Source of the DNA: Octopus vulgaris
Taxonomy: Eukaryota
Assembly: GCA_951406725.2 (NCBI GenBank)
Contig: OX597819.1
Location: forward strand, 127,162,001-127,226,000
Direction of reading: 5' to 3'
DNA length: 64,000 bases
This document shows positions 42,538-54,329 of the stretch, one piece after another. The position numbers and the translations under genes were made by a program. Positions within the stretch are counted from its first letter, which is position 1. Each line of letters starts with the position of its first letter. The notes below the pieces were generated by a model, which did no database searches, was not told the origin of the DNA, and saw nothing but the letters and a program-made list of their open reading frames with translations.

Positions 42538-43343
42538 GTAGAGGGAAGAATGGATGGTTTGACTGTCACAGTGGATGTACAGGGAAAAACACAAGAATTG
42601 CTGAAGGTAAGCAGACAGACAAGTTTTATTTAGAACCGTGTTATGCTTGTGCGTGTTCTTGTATGTGTATAAATAAATATGTTGATAGATATTTACGTGG
42701 GGAGAAAGAGAGAGAGACAGACGACAGACAGAGACAGAGGGAGAAACAGGCAGACAGACAGACAAACAGTCTGGCAGGCAGAAATGCTGACAACATGAGT
42801 GTAATGAGTGGTGGTGTAGAAGGAGAGAGAGAATTTGCAAGAAGAATATTTAATTGCAACATATGCGCGCGCGCGCGGTTGTGTGTGTGTTTGTAGCACG
42901 AACAAGAAAATTACGATTAAGTAAAAGAAGAAACGCCGTCCAACTGGCGGCTCTTTCAGATATTCACAGATGGTAAAATACTTTTCTGTCTTCGGCAGAA
43001 ACATCTAGGAAACTTTCTCAAAGAACGCCGTTATTGAAATTATCGCTTGATTAACGAAAACGGTTTAGCTTTGTGGTGGGGATGATAGAACAGTGAGGAT
43101 AGAACAGAGGTGTGGAAGACTGCAAGAATTCGGTGGGAAATAAGCAGACACTTATTTCAGTTATGGTGTCTCTCTCTCCCTCTCTCTCCCTTCTCTCTCT
43201 TCTTCCTCTCTCTCTCTCTCTCCCTCTCACTCCCTATCTTCGTCTCTTACTTTCCTCCCCCTACACACAGTTCACATTCTCATCTTACTTTCTCTATTTT
43301 GTTAACTCATTTTCTCCGTCCACCACTTTTGTTATATACCATA

Positions 43344-43740
43344 CTAGCAGTATCGCCCGGCGTTGCTCGGGTTTGAAAGGGAAATAACTATATAAGCATT
43401 TTTAGAGAGTTATAGCCAAAAAATAGCAAAAAAATGCATTAAAAATGGGAAAAAAATGATGGTAATTTTTTTTTTAAATCGTTGACTCATCGTAGACATT
43501 TTTAGAGTGTTACCTCCCTTATATAATAGCGAAAAATGCATTAAAATGGATAAAAATGATGGTAAATATTTTTAAAATCGTAGACTCATCGTAGACGCGC
43601 GCGAATACCCAGAAGGGTTCGATATGAATCACGACTATAAGATACCCGGTTTTGGTTAAACTGCATCGCAAAATGTGGGAGTAGTTAGGAAACTAAATCG
43701 TAGGAGACAGACAGCACACAACCTCCCTTTTATATACTAT
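43344..43740 (-). mobile_element. Non-autonomous Helitron
   Basis: Minus-strand 3' end CCCGAGCAACGCCGGG hairpin followed by CTAG|T; internal subrepeats; 5' end blurred in (TA)n. Confidence 0.75.
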
Positions 43741-44253
43741 ATATATATATATGTGTATATCTTATACACTTCAGAGTCTTTTAATCTGTTGTACTCTTCA
43801 CTGTTTTTCTTCATTATTTCGTTTATTTCAAGTGTATTTCTTCCTTTACCCACACCATTCTGTTTATTATTCTCCCTTATATTTCAGTGCACAAACGCAA
43901 ATATAAATATGCGTGAGCCTGCAATCTCATTCATTACCATTCGAATACAAGTATGCAGATAAGTTTTTGACGCTTCATATGAATTCTATAAGATCCATAA
44001 CAGTTGCTCAATCTGCTAGAAATAAGAGCCAAATAAGTTTCAAATCACACTTTGTTGTTTTTAATAAAGACGTAAAGGCACACTAGAAAATGTAGTTCCT
44101 CTCATAAAAGGAACTATTGCTCGGAAATGTAGCTTGCAGTAGCTTCCATAATATGAGGCGAAGTAAATGATCAGTGTGCCTGTCTGTCTGTCTTTGTCTC
44201 TCTCTCTCTCTCACTCTCTCTCTCTCCCTCACCCCCACGCAAACACACATATA

Positions 44254-44668
44254 TATTTCTTTACCACCCACAAGGGACTAAACACAGAGAGGACAAGCAA
44301 GGATAGACAGACGGATTAAGTCGATTATATCGACCCCAGTGAACTGGTACTTAATTTATCGGCCCCGAAAGGATGAAAGGCATAGTCGACCTCGACAGAA
44401 TTTGAACTCAGAACGTAACGGCAGACGAAATACCTATTTCTTTACTACCCACAAGGGGCTGAACACAGAGAGGACAAACAAGGACAGACAAACGGATTAA
44501 GTCGATTATATCGACCCCAGTGCGTAACTGGTACTTAATTTATCGACCCCGAAAGGACGAAAGGCAAAGTCGACTTCGGCGGAATTTGAACTCAGAACGT
44601 AGCGGCAGACGAAATACCGCTAAGCATTTCGCCCGGCGTGCTAACGTTTCTGCCAGCTCGCCGCCTTA
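44254..44668 (-). mobile_element. SINE family A, head plus two body units
   Basis: TSD CAAACACACATATAT. Confidence 0.9.
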
Positions 44669-44912
44669 CAAACACACATATATTCGCGATGACTTCTACT
44701 GTCTTATGTGTTTTATATGTGAATGGTTGTTAGTTAATAACTAGCCTTCTCTCGCTCTCTATGTATGTATTATGTATGTATGTATGTATGTATGTATGTA
44801 TGTATGTATGTATGTATGTATGTATGTATGTATGTATGTTTGTATGTATGTATGTATGTATGTATGTATGTATGTATGTATGTATGTATGTATATATGTA
44901 TGTGTGTGTATG

Positions 44913-44946
<34 letters not shown>

Positions 44947-44982
44947 TGTATGTATGTATGTGTGTGTATGTATGTATGTATG

Positions 44983-45031
<49 letters not shown>

Positions 45032-45399
45032 AAATATAACCCACAAGGAAATAAATGATACAAGACAGAATCAACCGCAGAGAATAAAATGTTATTTATT
45101 AAACGACTTGTGACAGTTGGTTGATCTGTTTCGCAATCGAACCTTCTGAAATGAATGAACAATAAATATACAATTAGTATAAAATAGAAAGTTCTGGAAT
45201 AAAAGAGATAATTTAAATATTTGGGAATGATTTTTGTATTGGAGAGCTTTCGTTAAATAGTCCTATTGAACAGAAAAATGAATGGAATAAATTCATATAT
45301 CAACATAAAGGAAACAGACAGATAGTAAAACATACACGCACACATATGTCATTATAGGATAGGAAAAAACTCACCAGTCTCAAAGAGAAAATACTAAAA

Positions 45400-46000
45400 C
45401 CTATGACTCTGAGTCATGGTTACAGTGTCTAAAATGCAATAATCTAGAGTGAATGAACAACTGAAAGAGCAAAGAGGTAGAGATGGGGAGTATGGAAAAA
45501 TGTGGAGCGAAAGCCACTGAAGCGAAAGTTTAGTGGTCGTTGTTTGGAAATATAGGTAGAAGCGAAGAAACCACAAATGTTCAGACAATGATATAGTATA
45601 CCAATGCAATGTTACCAGCAATAAGTTTGCAAGGTCATACTCGCATTTTCCGCCCCACCTTGATTCCGTGTGCTCCAATTCAACTGACCTTCATTTTTAA
45701 TAGAGCGTTCTTTTTTAACAGCATCAACGCAAATCGTCCTACATTTTGTGTTTTTAGTTCAAGAATTCAACTGATTTGTGCTTTGCTACTAATTTTAATC
45801 ATACAGTAAATCATATACCTCTCACCATTCCTTCACCCCTTTCATTTTGTCATTTCCATTCTTCCAACCGAAGCAATTAATTCTCAGTTTTTTTTGCTAA
45901 TTTTGTGGGCTGGGGCTGCCGACTTCGAACAAATTCTACTCTCCTTGAATTCTGTTTTACAGTTTTAGTATTTTCTTTTTTATCGTCACCGCTACTTCAT
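45400..46000 (-). pseudogene. Possible old L1/Tx1-type LINE ORF2 end and 3' UTR
   Basis: LKMKV..ESRW..ASM-like remnants, followed by TTGTCTGAACATTTGTGGTTTCTTCG, similar to TTGCCCGAGGTTACTGTGGTCTTTTCG at about 41955-41980 (minus). Confidence 0.35.
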
Positions 46001-46415
46001 TCAGATTTAGTATAATGCCTAATCTTTATTCAGCTTAACCAAAAAGTCACCACCAATTGAAATGAAGACTAGTGTGTAAAAAGTAGTCGTAAAGGTATGT
46101 CCTGAGACGATGAAATTGATGTTTTACAATGATTTGATGTGAGAGAAAAGCTTAGCCATATTGCACGAACATTTGACTTGATAGCGTCGAATGTGGGAAC
46201 AATACGTAACAATAAATACTAAATATTCAAGCAGCTGTTTCGTTTACTGCTCTGATATTGTTTATTCATAGATCTCATATGATTCTGAATACAGAACGGA
46301 TGCCAAGTAAACAGATGACAACTGAAGTGGTGGTAATACATACAGTCAAAGTTTATTAAGATTTGAAGAGGATTATGTAATTTTTTTAATATAAATAGAC
46401 TTCACTGAAATTTAG

Positions 46416-46721
46416 ATATATACATTGCGAGTCGAGACAGATATCCTCAGCTGACCGGTGTCTGCTAGTCTAGGCCGACGAAGGACAATCATCCTGAAAC
46501 ACGTGTCGCTAGATGCAGCCCGGGCGGCTGGGGGTGTTTGTCTCCCCTTCGTAAATGTATATAAGGACACAGGAAAAATGTGTCAAAGCCATCAGGAGGC
46601 GTCGATGCTTCCTAGGGCTAAACAGCGGTGGTGTACCCCGCTACTGTCACGTTCGTGTTAGATTGACAGTATACAACCATTCTATCGCCCCACCACCGTA
46701 CATGTCTCTACGAGAGATTTA
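46416..46721 (+). mobile_element. 306-bp hammerhead-bearing non-coding insertion (solo pseudo-LTR or retrozyme-like)
   Basis: Flanked by the direct repeat GAAATTTAG (46407-15 and 46722-30) and interrupts a Tigger remnant. Confidence 0.7.
46445..46533 (+). ncRNA. Minimal type I hammerhead ribozyme (U4C variant, GUC site)
   Basis: TCTAGg-CCGACGA-AGGA-caatca-TCCT-GAAA-CACGTG-TC-gCTAGA, with an extended stem CCTCAGCTG..CCGG..CTGC / GCAG..CCGG..CGGCTGGGG. Confidence 0.8.
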
Positions 46722-47252
46722 GAAATTTAGTATTTCTGATTTATATAAATGTTTTTTCTGGTTAATAAAGGCTGGTTTGAAAAGTTAAAAAAAACCTTCT
46801 TGATTTGAACATAAAAATGTAATTTTAATCTGTGTTATCACTGCTGATAACTAAGAAGAGCTGAACAAAATGATTGCTAAAAGAGGCAACACAGTAAAAC
46901 AAGCGTACAATGGTGATGAGATTTGACTTTTCAACACCCACATGCCGGCTGGTTCTTATATTTCTCGCGAGGAGGAATCACTGTTTGAAGCTTCGCGAAT
47001 TCGTCTGATGCTGCATACATAATCTATATATCGATTTCCAACCAAACTTTCCTTACCCACGGGAATACTCGACGCATTTTAGCCGTATTGATTTTATGTC
47101 AATGACATATACTCGCTAGTCACGTGCCTAGACAAAATCTTTCCCCCCCATTATATGGGTAACAATGAATAATCCATTCACTAACATTTCAGCCAAATAC
47201 CCTACTCCATAGAATCTTGGGTACGCTATAAAAACAGCGTTAAAATACCCCC

Positions 47253-47310
<58 letters not shown>

Positions 47311-47409
47311 TGATGTGTCTGGGGAGAGTCATTTTCTTTTTGTGCCTTATTTTTTATTTATTTATCACACTCACCGGTAAAATTTCCACTGTTTTATTGT
47401 TTTATTTTC

Positions 47410-47446
47410 CTAAAATTTTCGTTGCGTCTTGCAACCTTTTCAATAG
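47410..47446 (-). ncRNA. Minimal hammerhead (U3-A8 variant)
   Basis: Minus strand CTA-TTGAAAA-G-GTTGC-aagac-GCAAC-GAAA-AT-TT-TAG, within a repeat-like segment 47305-47452. Confidence 0.65.
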
Positions 47447-47912
47447 TCTTGCCTCTGTCCGTTATTTACACTGCTTTCTTTTTGTTTGTTTGTGCGCATG
47501 TGTGTGGGTCAGCGCGTGTGTGTGTGTGCATATGCATGCATGTATGTATGTATGTATGTATGCATACGTGTGTATGTATGTTTGTATATATATGCATGTG
47601 TGTGTATGTATATATGCGTGTGTATGCCTATGTATATATGTATGCATGTGTGTGCATCTGTATGTATGTATTCTACATATTCATACGCTTGCGTGTCCGT
47701 GTTTGTGTGTGTTTTTATGCATGTTTTATATATATATGTGTATGTATGTCTGTATGTCTGTATGTCTGTATGTATGTATGTATGTATGTATGTATGTATG
47801 TATGTATGTATGCATGTATGCATGTGTATACATACATCGACACGCTTGATGCTGTGGTTTTGACTGAGAGAAAATCCCTTCATTGTCATTCTGTATGAAT
47901 ATATATATATAC

Positions 47913-47969
<57 letters not shown>

Positions 47970-47974
<5 letters not shown>

Positions 47975-49281
47975 AAACAAACTCAACTTAACACCTCGAC
48001 CTTCTACACAAACTAACGAGGAAACCGAATCGAATAAAACACCCTCCGAAATATTCGAGAAAGTTGAAAATCTATGCGATACAATGACGACATTCTTCAC
48101 AAACTTTACGAAACAAGAGCAACAAAAAGAAGGAACACATGAGAAGAACCGAGCAACTTCAACATTACAAATAAAGAACCAAGTCCTCCCCCAATGGAGA
48201 ACACTACAGCGAAACAGAAAATTCGCTTTTTGGAAAATGATACAAAATCAGAATAAAGCAGAGATTTACCAAAAATGGCTAGACTCAACACCCCTAGTCA
48301 TACCCCGTAAATTACAAATCAAACCCATCTCGGAAGAACCAGAAGAACAAAGAAAACTTTGAGAAAAAAATGTCATTAGAAAAAATGAAGCTGGAAATAG
48401 AACTACTTAAGCTGAGAGCTAAAACGAATGAAGAAAAAGTAAAAACCATAGACGAGGAAATCATCGAAGAAGTCATCAAACTAATAGACGACAACAATAC
48501 TGAAACATTAACAGCACTATGGAATGAAGAATGTGAAAAAGAGGAACTTAAGTCCCTCCAACGATGGGAAAAGAGCGTCATCTGGTTTCTAGATTATGAA
48601 ACCAACTTCAAAAATGAACACATATCCAACAACCCCTTCATAAAATTAAGCAAATCAAAACCAAATACCAATAGAACGGAACAACCACCAAGAAATCCTA
48701 CCACACTCTACACCAGAAAAGTACACCTAAAACACACCCCACACTACCTACACCAACCCCAAAACACCTACAGAGGCCCACCACACCAGTTCGAAAATAG
48801 ACATACCAACAGAGCAGAACAACCACCAAGAAATCCAAACACACTCTACACCAGAAAAATGCATTTAAAACGCACCCCACACTACCTACACCAACCCCAA
48901 AACACTTATAGGGTCCCACCACACCATTCCACGAACCTAAGAGCCACAACATACAATACTATAAAATACAACCCACATAACCAAACCAAAACGCTACTAC
49001 CAAACATCCACCCCAGGAACCAACCATACAACCATAACAAACAACAAATGCACTACGGAGGAAACAACTACCAACACAATACACCTGAGGAACTAAGACG
49101 TAACACTAGGTTCAACAACAGACTCCAGAACAGAGCACCACAAACTCACTCTGACAATTATAACAACATGAGACAGATAAATAATAGCTTTGAACATAAC
49201 TACACCAACCATTTTTTAGACCCCACACACAGGAACAGGGACACACGATGGCAAAGGACAAACAAAAGAAACCTCAGGTAA
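47970..49281 (+). pseudogene. ORF1 of the PLE: predicted helical/coiled-coil N-half and N/H/Q/P/R-rich low-complexity C-half; 5'-truncated
   Basis: ORFs 47883-48362 and 48370-49281 join into one (..EQRKL[R]EKMSLEK..) if TGA 48360-62 is a decayed CGA and one A is removed from the 7-A run. Same A/C-rich strand bias as the RT ORF, which it overlaps. Confidence 0.75.
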
Positions 49282-51546
49282 TTAAGATAATCAATCTCTC
49301 AAACAAAGAACTTACACCTAACGAAATAAGCATACTCTCCAAAGGACTTAAATTTACACCCACCCCACAACGTTCTAATTATTATGAAATGAAAGATGAT
49401 ATTTCGGAATTTTGCAGAAAACTAAGACTCACCGAGGCATTTCAAGACAAACAAATAGAGGAGGACTCAATAGCTAGAAACAAGAGCAATTACACCCCCA
49501 CCAAAGGTAAGAATAAAGCCTTAGACCGCTATTGTGACTACATAACTAATTTCCCGTTTCAATTCATCAAGAAACAAAAACACAGCCCTAACTTCAACAA
49601 AAGAGAATGGAACGACCTCATCAAACTAAGAGAAGACAAAACAATAACAATTAAGGAGGCAGATAAGGGCAACGCGATAGTAATAATGAATACAAACAAT
49701 TATAAAAATTTAGTGCTATCCCTATTAAGAGATGAAACGTATTATGAAAGGGCCCAACAGTATAACCAGCAAAAAATAATGCATAACCTTAGGACATTAA
49801 TCAACACATACCAAGAAGGACTCACGAACAAGGAGTATGAATACATCACTAACTTCAAATGCAAATCGAGTTTGTTCTATGGTATCCCTAAGGTACACAA
49901 AAGCCAAACCATTAGAGAAACGTGCAAAACATCCACCGACACACTCATCAAAATCCCTTCACCAAATGATCTTAAACTAAGACCGATAATAGCAGGGCCA
50001 GCATGTGAAACTCACCGCCTCAGCAATTTCTTAGACACACTTCTTAAACCTTTCCTAAAACACATCAAAAGCTACGTAAGAGACGATATAGATATGCTCA
50101 ACCACCTCCCTAAAACAGTCAATGAGAAAACCCTTCTAGTATCATTCGACGTAGTTAATCTTTATTCTAACATCCCTCACAACCTAGGAATAGAAGCAAT
50201 CACCTTCTGGCTGAATAACTACCCCTTTGAACTCCCAACTCGCATAAACAAAGACCTTATAATAGAAGGACTTAGATTCATTTTAGAGAACAATTATTTT
50301 ATTTTTGACAATGATTTCTACAGGCAAAGATCGGGAACAGCGATGGGCACGCGCACTGCACCATCTTTTGCCAACCCAGTGATGGGATACCTCGAGAAAA
50401 TACTATACCGGATGACACTCGAGAAATATGGAAACACCTTCGCCACCTATATCCATAACAACTGGAAAAGATACCTCGATGACTGTTTCATCATCTGGGA
50501 CAAAGGCATAGAGAAACTTGAGGAATTTAAAATTCTATTAAATGGAATAAATGACAATATACAATTCACGATGGACCACAACGAAAAAGAATTACCATTT
50601 TTAGACATCCTCATTAAGAAAACCGGCAACAAAATAGAGACAGATATCTACTATAAACCGACAGACTCTAAACAGTACCTACCCTTTGATTCATGCCACC
50701 CACGACACACTAGAATGAATGTCCCTTTTTGTTTAGCTAGAAGGATTTGCACCATAATATCAGACACAAACACCCGACACACACGTCTCCAGGAACTTAG
50801 AACCACACTCACAAATAGAAACTATCCACAGCCCCTAATAGACAGTGCAATCCAACGGGTACTTAAATTAAGTATAGAAGACCTGAGACAAACAAAACCA
50901 AAAAAGAAAGAACAATTAAAAACCCTTCCCTACATCTCTACACACAACCCACTCAACAATGAGGCCTTCAACACCATACTACAAAGCACAGCCCTACTAA
51001 AGGGAGACCCAAAGATGAACCGGATCCTCGAAACACACACCATCATTAAAAGTAAACGGCAACCAAAATCCTTGAAAAGGATTTTAACCCAAGCTACGCT
51101 GCACTCAACAGCAACCACAAAACCAGCAGTTAGAAAATGTGGAAGGCCCAACTGCGGAATCTGTGTCATCTTGAAAGAAGGATCAGAATTTATACTGGAA
51201 CAAGGCCACCAGTTCACCATTAGAACAAACTTCACCTGCGCATCAGAAAACTTAATTTACGTCATAACATGCGCAGGCTGCAATAGGCAGTATATAGGCC
51301 ATACAAAAAATAGCTTACGTAACAGGATGGCGGTGCATAAATCACAAATTAGAAACCCTGATTACCGCAAAATACCGGTCAGCGGACACATAGATAGATG
51401 TGCTGGAAATGTAAATCCGAAATTTACAACTAACCCGCTCTATAAATTCAGTGACAACGCAACCTTCACACAACGCCAAAATAAAGAACTATATTTCATA
51501 AAAAAAATTTAGACCAAGTTTAAACACCCTGGGCCAGGAATACTAA
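49248..51546 (+). CDS. Penelope-like element polyprotein (reverse transcriptase, Cys-rich linker, GIY-YIG endonuclease), Neptune-like
   Basis: 754-aa ORF with PLE motifs IINLS, LSKGLKFTPTP, IKEADKGNAIV, FYGIPKVHK, LRPIIAG, SFDVVNLYSNIP, QRSGTAMG, RYLDD and DIYYKPTD. Linker CGRPNCGIC; endonuclease LIYVITC..C..QYIGHT..LRNR..H. One extra A in the A-run near 51500 truncates the natural end FIKKFRPSLNTLGQEY* (stop ends 51546). Confidence 0.95.
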
Positions 51547-51699
51547 AACAAAAGATAAGTCCTCCGAAAAGGAGAACCAAATTTCACCACGGCCGCTACT
51601 TCAAACAGACACTCACTCTGATGGAAATATGCCTTAGTAAAAAAGGAAAAAAATTATTTCGTGCAAATCTGACCCTGATACATACGATACAGCTAAGGG

Positions 51700-52165
51700 T
51701 CAGACCCGATTCTGATTGGTCAACAAGTTGATTACGTCTAGCTCTGCTAGAATGGACAGGATACAAACAGGGGACAGTCATTAGTCAGAATATTGATGAC
51801 GTCCTTTTCTGCTTGAATAGTCACCTAACAAGTACAGACAGGGGGCAGATCTAATGTAGCTATAAGTCGTGATTGGGCAGAATCTGGATGACGTCCCGCT
51901 ATGCTTGACTAACGAAGCGACTGGTCAAGACAGGAAACAAACAAGAGGGAGTTATAATGCAGCGATTGGTCAAAATAATGATGACGTCCCGTTCCACTTG
52001 ATTAAAGCCACCTAACGAAACGATTGGTCAAAACATTGTTGACGTCACGCTACGCTAGATTGACCACCTAACAGGCATTATAAAACCGAGCATTTCACAA
52101 AAACTCACTAGAACCACCCAGCGAACTTCCACCATGGGTCATCACAATTGCTTAAGGTAAAAATG
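51700..52165 (+). promoter_or_regulatory. PLE pseudo-LTR promoter: five CCAAT/CRE modules, TATA, Inr, mini-exon and splice donor
   Basis: ATTGG/ATTAG at 51715, 51780, 51872, 51965 and 52023, each followed 12 nt later by T(G/T)ACGTC. TATAAAA at 52079, TCACT at 52105, ccaccATGg at 52134, AG|GTAAAA at 52157. Confidence 0.7.
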
Positions 52166-52409
52166 AATTCCTCGCTCTTTCGGAAACATCAATCTTCTGT
52201 ATTGACCGCTTTCCACCACTTTGATCTGTTTTTTGTATTGAATACGTATCGCCACCGTGGGCCACTGCATCGAACACTTTGAACATATACTTCAAACTAT
52301 ATATCAACTATACATGAAATATATATCAACTATACATGAACTCTAAGATGTCTGACTCCGTTGTGTATTATAAATGAATTTCTTGTGTTTGACGGCATGA
52401 GCTGTCTCT

Positions 52410-52478
52410 TTTTATATATAACTTTTTTTGATAAGGTTCATTTCAGGAACTGAAACATGTTATAATGTATATATAAAA
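52410..52478 (+). ncRNA. Minimal type I hammerhead ribozyme (U3-A8 variant) in the PLE pseudo-LTR
   Basis: TTGATAA-GGTTC-atttcag-GAACT-GAAA-CATG-TT; palindromic ACATGT stem III; imperfect AT-rich stem I. Confidence 0.65.
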
Positions 52479-52524
52479 ATTAAAAATTGTATAATACAGC
52501 AGCATTTTCGAACTTCATTTTTTT

Positions 52525-52628
<104 letters not shown>

Positions 52629-52639
52629 GTTTAAATATT

Positions 52640-54022
52640 TGTTGTGCAAATGTCCATCAGGTAAAGAAAATGATCGCACATGCACTAGGAGCTAGTATAA
52701 GAGTTACCCTAAAAGGCCACACATTTGAATTTAATAATATAATATATGCCCAGGACGAGGGGGCAGCCATCGGTGTTAGTATCGCTGGTGATGTGGCCAA
52801 CCTCTTCATGGTATGGTGGGACAGAAGGCTTAAAGAATGCCTACTGCAGAAATCCATACTCGTAAACATGTACTCTCGCTATGTTGATGATATCAATATA
52901 GTAGTAAAGGCACCCCCACAAGAGAGTAATGTTGATATAGTAATAGAAACTAATACTATGGAGAGCATCCAGCAAATAGCTAACTCCATCCACCAGAGTA
53001 TTAAGGTCACAATAGACTACCCCACTAAACACCCCAACCATAGACTACCAGTACTAGACACTGAACTCTGGCTAGAAATTGTGAAAAATAAAACCCAAAT
53101 CCTTCATTCATACTATGCAAAACCTATGGCCTCAAAATACCTGATCCACCGGAACTCAGCCATTGCGGGCAATGCCAAATTCAATATTTTGATGGCAGAC
53201 CTCGTCAGAATAATGAGAAATGTGTCACGCATGTGCGAGCCTACAGAATTAAAGAGACACATACAGTATTTCATTCACCGCATGCAGTTCTCAGGTTACA
53301 GCCATAAAGAAAGGGTCAGAGTATACAAAGGAGCCATGAAGAAATTTGATAATATATTATGTAATGATAGGAATGGGATTTGCCCACTCTATAGGAACAA
53401 GTCATGGAACACTATAGAAAGGACAAAAAAAAAAAGAAAATAGGGAAGGCCAACTCTTGGTATGATAGCCATAAATACCAGAGTGCCATGTTCGTTGACA
53501 CCACCCCTGGAGGTGAACTGGCGTACCGCTTTAGAAGGACCCTAGATAAACTTAAACTAAGAATTAAGGTTGTTGAAAAGCCAGGCAACCCTATCAGATC
53601 TATAATTGGTAGAAGCTATCCCTTTAGTAGAACTCTCTGTACGGATAACTATTGCACTGTATGTAGATTTAGCCCACAAACAAACTGTAAAGCCAAAAAT
53701 GTGGTCTATAGTATAAGATGTATAGAGGGACGATGCAGTAACAAGACAGTAACATACGTAGGGGAAACAGCAAGAAGCATTGGTGAGCGGGTGAATGAAC
53801 ATTGGAGACAACTCAAGGAAGGTAAAAGCTCATCGATTCTGTACCAACACGCTCAACAAGAACACGGGGGGATCAATCAATAACATAGAGATTAAGATAT
53901 TGTCCACACATAGAACAGATGCAACATTTAGACAAATTACAGAAGCTACACATATAAAAGAAAATAAACCTAGCCTGAATAGAAAACTAGAATGGAGCAA
54001 TAGCGCACACCACAACATATGA
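52640..54022 (+). pseudogene. Second PLE (5'-truncated RT and GIY-YIG), distinct lineage
   Basis: YAQDEGAAIG..VANLFM, YSRYVDD, LPVLD, YAKPMAS, RMQFSGYS. After a frameshift in the A-run near 53430: CTDNYCTVC, NVVYSIRC..TYVGETARSIGERVNEH. After a second shift near 53868: [22 protein letters not shown]. Confidence 0.92.
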
Positions 54023-54240
54023 CGATAGTGGATCCAGCAAACATAATAAATACACAGATAATTAAAGAAATAGAAATGAATAACTATATATATGTATATG
54101 TGTATGTATATGTGTATATGTGTGTGTATGTGTGTATATATATGTGTATGTATATGTATATGTGTGTGTATGTGTATATATATGTATATGTATGTATGTA
54201 TATATATATATGTATATATATATGTATATGTATGTATATG

Positions 54241-54283
<43 letters not shown>

Positions 54284-54329
54284 TTTTCAATTAGATTTAT
54301 TATTATTATTACTAATATTGTTGTTATAC

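Larger units (their letters stand above)
46050..47015 (+). pseudogene. Tigger/pogo (CENP-B-like) transposase remnant
   Basis: NKGWFEKLKK; EELNKMIAKRGNTVKQAYNGDE..LF..MPAGSYISREEES..FEASRIRLML. Confidence 0.7.

Noticed and set aside
48360-48362. Selenocysteine readthrough at the in-frame TGA
   Set aside because: Not at a Cys-like position, best explained as CGA>TGA decay, followed immediately by a frameshift, and no SECIS was recognised.
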